The notes beneath the pieces are model-generated. The model ran no database searches and was not told where the DNA came from. It saw only the letters and a program-made list of their open reading frames with translations. From assembly GCA_001029735.1 (NCBI GenBank), contig CP011213.1, forward strand, positions 332,288 through 396,287: a stretch of 64,000 bases of DNA, in the 5' to 3' direction. The first letter of the stretch is position 1, and each line of letters begins with the position of its first letter. Source of the DNA: Berkelbacteria bacterium GW2011_GWE1_39_12. Lineage in GTDB: Bacteria > Patescibacteriota > UBA1384 > UBA12157. Below are positions 56,720 to 64,000 of the stretch, piece by piece. The translations under genes and the position numbers were made by a program.

Positions 56720-57640
56720 ATGTGGCCGTTTGGCAAAGTTCAAAAAGGAACACAAATGTCAACAAATAGACCAAAAATTCGAAAAGCCGTAATTCCGGCT
56801 GCAGGTTATGGTACCAGATTTTTACCTATGACCAAAGCCAGCCCAAAAGAAATGTTGCCAATCATTGACAAACCGGTTATTCAATATGTCGTTGAAGAAG
56901 CAGTGGCTTCTGGAATTGAAGATATTATTATTGTCACTGGATACAATAAAAGAGCCATTGAGGATCATTTTGATCACGGCTTGGAGTTGGAAAACTACTT
57001 AAAAGAACGCGGCAAGACTGAACAACTTGAAGAGTGTCAGAAAATTGCAGAGATGGCTAACTTTATTTATATTCGCCAGAAAGGCCCCTATGGCAACGGC
57101 ACGCCAATCTTAAACGCCGAAGCAATTATCGGCGATGAGCCGTTTGCTGTTTTATGGGGTGACGAATTTATCTATTCCGAACCGCCTCGATTAAAACAAA
57201 TGATCGAAGTTTATGAAAAATATGGTGATCCAGTTATTTCTGGTGTTAGGATTCCAAATAAAAAAGATTTAAGCAAATACGGCATTGCCAAAATTCATCC
57301 GGTTGAAGATAAGGTCTTTGAAATTGAAGAGATTGTTGAAAAACCTGAACCGGACCAAGCACCGTCGGATTTAGCCACTCATGGCGCATATATCCTTACG
57401 CCGGACATATTTGACGCTCTGAGAAGTATCGAACCAGGTAAAGGAGGTGAAATTTGGCTAACAGACGGGATTAACGCACTAAAGAAAAATCATAAAATAT
57501 ATGCTCGAGAAATTGAAAACAGTAAATACTATGACACTGGTAACAAACTGGAATACCTGAAGGCAAACGTGGACTTCGGTTTAAAACGCGCTGATATCAA
57601 CGGGGATTTTAAAGAATATTTAAAAAATTTAGATATTTAG
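56720..57640 (+). CDS. galU: UTP--glucose-1-phosphate uridylyltransferase
   Basis: KAVIPAAGYGTRFLPMTKASPKEMLPIIDKPVIQYVVEEA. Confidence 0.8.
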   Translation: MWPFGKVQKGTQMSTNRPKIRKAVIPAAGYGTRFLPMTKASPKEMLPIIDKPVIQYVVEEAVASGIEDIIIVTGYNKRAIEDHFDHGLELENYLKERGKTEQLEECQKIAEMANFIYIRQKGPYGNGTPILNAEAIIGDEPFAVLWGDEFIYSEPPRLKQMIEVYEKYGDPVISGVRIPNKKDLSKYGIAKIHPVEDKVFEIEEIVEKPEPDQAPSDLATHGAYILTPDIFDALRSIEPGKGGEIWLTDGINALKKNHKIYAREIENSKYYDTGNKLEYLKANVDFGLKRADINGDFKEYLKNLDI

Positions 57641-57649
57641 ACTAAAAAG

Positions 57650-59095
57650 TTGGAGGGTATTTTGAATAACATGACTAACGCACCCATGAATACAGATGGG
57701 TCAAACCCAGGACTTGGCGGCCTTCTAAAAGGCCGGGGATTGGTACTTACTGGCGCTGGCTTACTCATTGTTATACTAATTATTGTTGTTATTGTAATCG
57801 GGAGTAGCGGTGGAAAGAAAACGGCAACCACTGTAAAGAGCAGTAATTCTTTGGTTATTTGGGGAACCGAACCCTCAGCGAACTTTGATGGTCTTATCAC
57901 CAACTTCCAGAGTAAAAATACGGGATATAAAATAACGTATGTTCAAAAGGACTCCTCAACATATCTTACCGACTCCCTCAATGCCATATCGAGTGGCACC
58001 GGGCCTGACGTTTGGGCAGTCCCAAATACCTGGATGGCAAAATATCATACTAGCATGATTCCAATGACAACTGACTTAATTGCCGATAAAAAAGCCAAAA
58101 AAACCGATGCTGATGTCTATAAAACCCTTTTTCCTAAAGTTATCGTTCAAGATAATATAATTGCTGACAAAATCTACGGCATTCCGATGTCTATAGATAA
58201 CCTAGTACTCTTCTATAATAAAACAATCTTAACAAAGACACTCAACGAATATTTTGCCGCCGGTAATAAAGATTTGGATGGCTCTATTGCTCAGATGTTC
58301 ACAACCGGACCTAAATCTTGGGACGATTTTGTAAAGCTTTCGAAAATGGTAACCAAAAAGGAAGGCTCAAATATCACACAATCAGCCATCGCTCTAGGCA
58401 CACCCGATAACGTTAGAGCAAGTGCTGATATTTTAACTCTTTTAATGCTGCAAGACGGTGCAAAAATGGTTTCTAGTAATTTAGATAGTGCCAATTTTGC
58501 TAATGCTGAAAATGTTTTCAATGGACAACAATTTCCTGGTGCTCAAGCGCTTAATTTTTATACCGCTTTTGCAAATCCAGGCAATAGTCTTTACACGTGG
58601 AACAGCTCCATAACCGATAGTCTGCATGCCTTTGCGAACGGGCAAACAGCCATGATGATAGATTATTTAGCTGCAACCACCGATGTTAGCCGAATTAATC
58701 CAAATGCGAATATTGGAACATTTTCAGTTCCCCAAGTAAAGGAAACCTCTAATCCTGTGGACTATTCTTCTTACATAACATATACAGTCCCAAAATCATC
58801 CCCTAATTCTGTTTTAGCCTGGCAATTTATCAACTTTATCGCTAATTCGGCTTCAACAACCGCCTATACCAGTAAAACCCAGTCGCAACCAGTACTTTTG
58901 AGCTCTATAACGTCTAATTCTGCGAGAGGAAAACGCATTATCAACTCACAAACTTGGTATATGCCTGATCCGGTTTTAACGCCGCCGATTTTAAAGAATG
59001 CTATCAAGCAGGTTAACGACGGTAAAAATGCTCAAACAGCGATTGAATATGCAGCTTCGCAAGTTACTGATTTACTTAAGAAGTTAAAGAATTAA
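57650..59095 (+). CDS. membrane-anchored extracellular solute-binding protein (ABC-type SBP family 1-like)
   Basis: N-terminal TM, then SBP-like fold sequence (...LVIWGTEPSANFDGLITNFQSKNTGYKITYVQKD...). Confidence 0.5.
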   Translation: MEGILNNMTNAPMNTDGSNPGLGGLLKGRGLVLTGAGLLIVILIIVVIVIGSSGGKKTATTVKSSNSLVIWGTEPSANFDGLITNFQSKNTGYKITYVQKDSSTYLTDSLNAISSGTGPDVWAVPNTWMAKYHTSMIPMTTDLIADKKAKKTDADVYKTLFPKVIVQDNIIADKIYGIPMSIDNLVLFYNKTILTKTLNEYFAAGNKDLDGSIAQMFTTGPKSWDDFVKLSKMVTKKEGSNITQSAIALGTPDNVRASADILTLLMLQDGAKMVSSNLDSANFANAENVFNGQQFPGAQALNFYTAFANPGNSLYTWNSSITDSLHAFANGQTAMMIDYLAATTDVSRINPNANIGTFSVPQVKETSNPVDYSSYITYTVPKSSPNSVLAWQFINFIANSASTTAYTSKTQSQPVLLSSITSNSARGKRIINSQTWYMPDPVLTPPILKNAIKQVNDGKNAQTAIEYAASQVTDLLKKLKN

Positions 59096-59096
59096 T

Positions 59097-59399
59097 ATGA
59101 TTAATTTATTAAAAGATTTACCAATAATTTCCAGAGCATATGCTCAACCCACGGCCGTTGTTACAGATATTGGACACGCAGTTAATTTTGGTGATTATAT
59201 TAATAACGTCATAAATGTGATTACTCCAATATTAGGCAGTATTGCTTTGTTGGTTTTCATTATTGCCGGCTATCTCTATATCACCAGTCAGGGAGATCAG
59301 AGTAAAATTGGGCTTGCCAAAGAGTTGATTATTGGAGTAATCACTGGTATTTTACTTTTATTTCTAATTAATGTTCTTAAAACTCAAATAGGATTTTAA
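59097..59399 (+). CDS. TrbC/VirB2-like pilin-family small membrane protein (paralog 1)
   Basis: leader ...AYAQP, TM, conserved GDQSK...LIIGVITGILL second TM. Confidence 0.55.
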   Translation: MINLLKDLPIISRAYAQPTAVVTDIGHAVNFGDYINNVINVITPILGSIALLVFIIAGYLYITSQGDQSKIGLAKELIIGVITGILLLFLINVLKTQIGF

Positions 59400-59729
59400 A
59401 TGCAAGATTTGTTCATTTTTCTTAACCAAGCTAAGGCACAAAGCGATACATTAGTTGGTGTCACAGAGGTAAGATCGTCGGCATCAAACTTTTCTAACGT
59501 TCATGAGGTTGTAGCAGGTGCTATTACCTGGATAACCGTCATTGCATCGGCGCTTTTACTTATTGCAATTATTTATTCAGGTATAATGTATATAACAAGC
59601 GGCGGTGATCAGACAAAGGCAGAAAACGCCAAAAAGAATTTACTCTGGGCAATTATCGGTATGTTCGTGATTTTGTTTTCGTACACTGTCATTGAATATC
59701 TACCTAATTTTATAGAAAGTGCACCATGA
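59400..59729 (+). CDS. TrbC/VirB2-like pilin-family protein (paralog 2)
   Basis: ...AKAQS leader; YITSGGDQTKAENAKKNLLWAIIGMFVIL. Confidence 0.55.
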   Translation: MQDLFIFLNQAKAQSDTLVGVTEVRSSASNFSNVHEVVAGAITWITVIASALLLIAIIYSGIMYITSGGDQTKAENAKKNLLWAIIGMFVILFSYTVIEYLPNFIESAP

Positions 59730-60055
59730 AGATAATTGCGTTAAAAGAAATCGCGCAAGCGACTCAAGTTATTCCCAGCGTACCCGGTGGATCAGAAAAC
59801 TTTGACTGGGGTAATTCGGTGAGCCCGCTTATTCAGAATATTACAACTATTGCCTTGGATATCGTCGGCGGGATAGCAATGCTATATATGATAATTGGTG
59901 CTATTCAATATTTCACTGCCTATGGTGACGAATCAAAGGCCACTGCAGGCAAAACCACCTTACTTTGGGCAATCGTTGGTTTAGTTGTTATAGTTGTTTC
60001 CAGAATAATCATCGGGTGGGTTTTCAGCTTTGTTACAACAACCTCAGCCTTCTAA
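59726..60055 (+). CDS. TrbC/VirB2-like pilin-family protein (paralog 3)
   Basis: YFTAYGDESKATAGKTTLLWAIVGLVVIVV. Confidence 0.55.
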   Translation: MKIIALKEIAQATQVIPSVPGGSENFDWGNSVSPLIQNITTIALDIVGGIAMLYMIIGAIQYFTAYGDESKATAGKTTLLWAIVGLVVIVVSRIIIGWVFSFVTTTSAF

Positions 60056-60114
60056 TTTGACAAAATAGTCAGCGCAATTTAAGATGTAGTTAAAGTATAT
60101 AACAAGGAGGTCGA

Positions 60115-60435
60115 ATGTTTAGTTTTATCGAACGAGCTCATGCTCAGGTATCAACAATACCGAGTCTAGCACCAACAACTACCCCGTTAAACCCCTCGCA
60201 ATTGGCTTTAAACATAGTTAACTGGATTCTTTGGGCAGCCGGTTTCATTGCTGTTGCTTATCTTGTCTATGGTGGTATTCTTTACATTACGGCCGGCGGG
60301 GACGCAGAAAAAGCAACCAAGGGCCGCACAGCCGTTATCAATGCCATTATCGGTGTCATCATCATCGTTTTGGCAGTAGCTCTTGTAAACTGGGCACAAG
60401 ATGCCGCAGGTTCTAATTTAACACCTGGTCAGTAA
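60115..60435 (+). CDS. TrbC/VirB2-like pilin-family protein (paralog 4)
   Basis: ...AHAQVS leader; YITAGGDAEKATKGRTAVINAIIGVIIIVL; AAGGAGG SD; terminator after 60435. Confidence 0.55.
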   Translation: MFSFIERAHAQVSTIPSLAPTTTPLNPSQLALNIVNWILWAAGFIAVAYLVYGGILYITAGGDAEKATKGRTAVINAIIGVIIIVLAVALVNWAQDAAGSNLTPGQ

Positions 60436-60496
60436 ACTTATCTAAGTAAGAAAAAACCGCCCCGGATTAACCATGGGCGGTTTTTTTGTGTTCGAT

Positions 60497-61267
60497 TCAA
60501 CGGATCTGGAGTGTGTCGCCCGACTGGGGCCGACATTTTTCCATGTCCGCAGTAACTATTATATGGTCGCCGTCAATATCTCTCACTCGATAGCGAGCGA
60601 TCACTTCGCAACCTTTCTTCTTGAAGACAAGCACGGTCGAACCGTTATTGTCTTTTACGAAGACATTCCTCTGTTCTCTCAGAACAAAGGAGGTTACCTC
60701 TTCGTAGGAGCCATCGGCGCACGATCGTGCGACTGTGTATTTACAGTTGGCTTCCAATGAGAAACCCTTCGCGTTCTCCGTGTTCCAAGGGTTATTACAG
60801 TAAACCGGGGCCGCTTGATGAACAACTACATTCTGCTGCGGTGCTACTACTATTTCTTGCTGAGGAGCAACGACTACGGGCTGAGAAGTATAGACGGGCT
60901 GTTCCTGAGGATAGTCATTACATCCAACAGGAACTCGCTCGTCCCAAGGCTGGGCTTTGTGACCAATATTCACATTGATAGTGTCGATATTGATCTTCAA
61001 CTTTGGACGATTGCTTCTGCTCTGTTGCCGATAACTATACCGGGGCTGAGGCTGATACCTGTTGTCATGGCCATAACCTCTGTCCCCACGGTCATGTCTA
61101 TATTGAGGCGCATAGAACGTATTGCGAGCAATCGGAGCATGAAACGTGTTACGAGCGATAGGCGCATGAAACGTGTTTTGTGCAACTGGTGCACGGTATG
61201 CGCTAACAGGGGCGACCATCAAGGCCGCCAGAAGAACTACCATTGCTACCATAACTGAGATTCTCAT
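60497..61267 (-). CDS. secreted hypothetical protein with 3x 9-aa tandem repeat (HAPIARNTF)
   Basis: ATG 61265-61267 with GAGGAG SD; signal peptide MRISVMVAMVVLLAALMVAPVSA; higher GC. Confidence 0.5.
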   Translation of the reverse strand: MRISVMVAMVVLLAALMVAPVSAYRAPVAQNTFHAPIARNTFHAPIARNTFYAPQYRHDRGDRGYGHDNRYQPQPRYSYRQQSRSNRPKLKINIDTINVNIGHKAQPWDERVPVGCNDYPQEQPVYTSQPVVVAPQQEIVVAPQQNVVVHQAAPVYCNNPWNTENAKGFSLEANCKYTVARSCADGSYEEVTSFVLREQRNVFVKDNNGSTVLVFKKKGCEVIARYRVRDIDGDHIIVTADMEKCRPQSGDTLQIR

Positions 61268-61483
61268 CTGTTTTCTCCTCATATAAGCAAGATAGGTGCC
61301 GAACCTGTTACACAGGTTCAAACACCTTATCAAACACTGAACCATATTCAGTTTTTAATGAACATGTTATCATATCACAAAAAACAGGTTTTGTCAACCT
61401 GTCGTAAGTCATAAAGTCTTCAAGTCGAAAGTCAAAAAAGTGCTTTCTTTACGGACTTTTAACTTTAAGAACTTTTGACTATT

Positions 61484-63070
61484 CTACTGCTTAGTGACGC
61501 GCTCTATTTCTTCTTTGGTCGTTAAACCCTGCGCCACTTTTTCCATTCCGTCTTCATACATTGTTTTCATGCCCAAACGATGAGCGGTTTCTTCAAAATC
61601 GCGAAGAGGCGCTTGTTTTTGAATTAGGTCATCAATCTCGCGGCTTGGGGTTAGAACTTCAACAATACCGATACGTCCTTTAAATCCTGTTTTATGGCAA
61701 ACCTCACAGCCTTGCCCTTTACACTTTTGACAGATTTTTCGTACCAATCGTTGAGCAATAATTAAGTTAATAGAACCAGCCAAAAGATAAGGCGGGATCC
61801 CCATTTCCATAAGACGCGCTAAAGCCGCCGGCGCATTGTTTGTGTGAAGCGTGCTGAGCACTAAATGTCCCGTCAGCGCAGCTTGCAAGGCTGTGTTTGC
61901 GGTTTCTGCATCGCGAATTTCCCCTACCATCAGAATGTCAGGATCTTGTCTTAGACAAGCTCTTAGCGCGTTAGCGAAAGTTGTGCTTTCGCGATTTGTT
62001 CTTTGCTCGCTATCTTCAGTACCTTCACTGTTTTTCATCTGCGCGCTTGTGTCGCCTGTTTCAATTTGAATTTGTTCAATCCCGTCAATTCTATATTCAA
62101 TCGGATTTTCTAAAGTAATAATTTTTTTACCCGGTTCGTTCAATTTTTGCAAAATTGCATACAGAGTAGTGGTTTTACCTGAACCAGTTGGACCGGTATT
62201 TAAGACTAAACCTTGTGGTTTGGAGATTGCTTCTTTGATCACTTCCATCGCACCCTTGTTAAATCCAAGCGTTTCCAAGTCCACAAATTTTTTCTTTTTC
62301 GGTAGTAATCTCATGACAATCGCTTCGCCATAGGATGTTGGCAAAGTTGACACACGAATATCCATCGTTTCTTCTATAACCGTTACTTCGAAACGACCAT
62401 CTTGAGGATTGTTAACATCTAGTTTTAGCTTGGCCAAATACTTAATTCTGGCGGCGATTGCATGGAAACCTGATGGCGGCAGCTTGGCCACATCCTGCAA
62501 AACTCCGTCAATACGATAACGGATTCTGAAATCATTTTCTTGTGGTTCAATATGAATATCTGTTGCATCATTTTTGACAGCACCGGCAAAAACAACATCT
62601 AATAATTCAGTAGTCGAAACTTTCGTAATTTTTTCCTTCAGGTCAGAAAAAGATTGAATTTGATCTTCAAAACTTTTTTGATTGTCGGCGGTGACGGAAA
62701 CCTTATCATTTTTTTCAATTTCAGGGAGCAAAGTTTGATATAAAGTCAGCCCGTAACGCATCGAGGTATTGGAGCAGAGGGATAGCACAATTTCGTTTTG
62801 AGTCGCTAATTTTAGCTTGGCGATGTATTCCTTTAAACCAGGGTCTGCCGGCCGATCTGAAACGACTCTAATAGTTTTGCCCATTCTTAAATAAGCAATT
62901 ACTTCATGAACAAAAGCCTCTTCTTTTGGGATAATATGCAAAACATCAGGAGCAACGGGATAACCTATAAGATTAACGTAGTCCATCTTCATGTGTTCAG
63001 CATTTTCTTTGGCGTGTTTTTCCTCGTCTTCTCGAGCAAATTGTTGGAGTGTCAGGTCAATATCTGCCAT
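61484..63070 (-). CDS. GspE/PilB-family secretion/pilus-assembly ATPase
   Basis: Walker A GPTGSGKTT; Asp/His boxes; C-terminal tetracysteine CQKCKGQGCEVCHKTG. Confidence 0.85.
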   Translation of the reverse strand: MADIDLTLQQFAREDEEKHAKENAEHMKMDYVNLIGYPVAPDVLHIIPKEEAFVHEVIAYLRMGKTIRVVSDRPADPGLKEYIAKLKLATQNEIVLSLCSNTSMRYGLTLYQTLLPEIEKNDKVSVTADNQKSFEDQIQSFSDLKEKITKVSTTELLDVVFAGAVKNDATDIHIEPQENDFRIRYRIDGVLQDVAKLPPSGFHAIAARIKYLAKLKLDVNNPQDGRFEVTVIEETMDIRVSTLPTSYGEAIVMRLLPKKKKFVDLETLGFNKGAMEVIKEAISKPQGLVLNTGPTGSGKTTTLYAILQKLNEPGKKIITLENPIEYRIDGIEQIQIETGDTSAQMKNSEGTEDSEQRTNRESTTFANALRACLRQDPDILMVGEIRDAETANTALQAALTGHLVLSTLHTNNAPAALARLMEMGIPPYLLAGSINLIIAQRLVRKICQKCKGQGCEVCHKTGFKGRIGIVEVLTPSREIDDLIQKQAPLRDFEETAHRLGMKTMYEDGMEKVAQGLTTKEEIERVTKQ

Positions 63071-63160
63071 TTATAGTCTCCTTCGAAATTTAAATCTAAT
63101 TTAATGATAGCACTAGCGCTAAAAAACTCCAAAACCTTTTGCACGCCAATCCTACTTATC

Positions 63161-63189
63161 TTGACAGATTCAATTAAATATGATAGTAT
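63161..63189 (+). promoter_or_regulatory. sigma70-like promoter TTGACA-17-TAGTAT
   Basis: consensus hexamers ~135 nt upstream of the GTG at 63324. Confidence 0.5.
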
Positions 63190-63323
63190 GTTAGTTGTGC
63201 TCGAGTTGAGATTGGCAAATTAGCTACAAGATTTAGGTTTTTTTAGCTAATTTGGCTCTCTTGACTGATTTCCTGCGGAGAGAGTAAGAACGGACCCAAG
63301 TGGTCTATTCAAGGGGAAAGTAC

Positions 63324-64000
63324 GTGAAAAAACTAGTTGTTTTATCGCTCGAGGTTCTTCTCGTTGTCTTGGCGCTTTTATGCGCCATCGTCCCGACAAT
63401 GGCCGGTGGACCAGATTCCCAGTTTAACGGCGTTCAGTTGGGCTTTGCCCAGCAGGTCTGGGGCGGTTGGTACGCAGCCGAAGTGTCGCCGCAAGGAATC
63501 GTCGTCCATCAGGGACAAACAATACTTCTCGAAGCTTGGGATACAGACTCAAGCAAACTCGAGACCGAATGGAAACCGGTCTTCATAGATCAGGGAATTT
63601 TCGGCAGTCTCTGGGGGTTTGTAACTTGGACCCCCACTGTTGTAGGCAAAGGGCAAATGTATCTTTTTGCCAAGAAACATCCTTCTCCCGCCGACACCAT
63701 CTCTGCGGTTTTTGAGCACGATATAGTGGTGGCGCCGGCTTTCGACCCGAGCTTGAAGATGTTCGCCCAGGCGTTTTACAATCCTGGGGATTACAGATAT
63801 GCCAGGATTGAGGTTCAGATCTGGAATGAGACCATTAATCCAACCGGAATAATGTTCAAACTCCAGGATGACGGCAATGGATTCTTCACGATCTTTGCCA
63901 GGAACACTCTTGGCACAGTCGTGAGCCAGTACCACGTATATGTCCAGCAACGCGATGATATCACGTATACAGTGAGTGGTATCGTCGTCAACGGGTACCG
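63324..64000 (+). CDS. secreted hypothetical protein, 3'-truncated by window end
   Basis: GTG start with AAGGGGA SD; signal peptide (M)KKLVVLSLEVLLVVLALLCAIVPTMA; the open frame runs to 64000 without a stop; higher GC; not in the ORF track because it has no in-window stop. Confidence 0.5.
   Translation, partial: MKKLVVLSLEVLLVVLALLCAIVPTMAGGPDSQFNGVQLGFAQQVWGGWYAAEVSPQGIVVHQGQTILLEAWDTDSSKLETEWKPVFIDQGIFGSLWGFVTWTPTVVGKGQMYLFAKKHPSPADTISAVFEHDIVVAPAFDPSLKMFAQAFYNPGDYRYARIEVQIWNETINPTGIMFKLQDDGNGFFTIFARNTLGTVVSQYHVYVQQRDDITYTVSGIVVNGY

Noticed and set aside
63549-63950. 133-aa minus-strand ORF
   Set aside because: It is antisense to the longer signal-peptide-bearing plus-strand frame that has a promoter and SD. 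It is likely a shadow ORF in GC-rich sequence.

Overview
This 64-kb window is a low-GC bacterial chromosome segment interrupted by several higher-GC blocks. Coordinates 1-39.5 kb are a large cell-surface glycan locus. It contains GT4 and GT2 glycosyltransferases, two Wzx-like flippases, a pseudaminic-acid-type nonulosonic-acid pathway (PseB/PseC/PseH/PseI/PseF-like), a WbuX/Y/Z-like amidotransferase trio, a fused SDR/UDP-GlcNAc-2-epimerase, two Capsule_synth (KpsC/KpsS-like) putative ulosonic-acid transferases and several large polytopic GT-C-like membrane proteins. There are three tRNA genes (Arg, Ser-TGA, Ser-GCT). Each is preceded by two ~60-bp tandem units that start with a copy of the tRNA 5' end. 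A small GIY-YIG nuclease gene lies between the two tRNA-Ser genes. The flippase-to-GT4 junction carries a triple tandem duplication of the GT4 gene start. This creates a chain of ATGA-coupled small ORFs. Coordinates 40.2-52.4 kb are bounded by two TrmB-family regulators. This span contains an IVS-like cassette: a four-helix-bundle '23S rRNA intervening sequence protein' gene flanked by GA/CT-rich inverted repeats, with no rRNA nearby. It also contains a higher-GC island of stand-alone genes with textbook sigma70 promoters, Shine-Dalgarno sites and terminators, including OMP-like proteins and unknown proteins. A ~770-bp non-coding region in the island holds two diverged tandem copies of a ~150-nt structured RNA-like element. 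The 3' end of the window encodes ComF, Hsp20, GalU, an SBP-like protein, four tandem TrbC/VirB2-like pilin paralogs, a GspE/PilB-type ATPase and secreted repeat proteins. No CRISPR array, rRNA or transposase was recognised.
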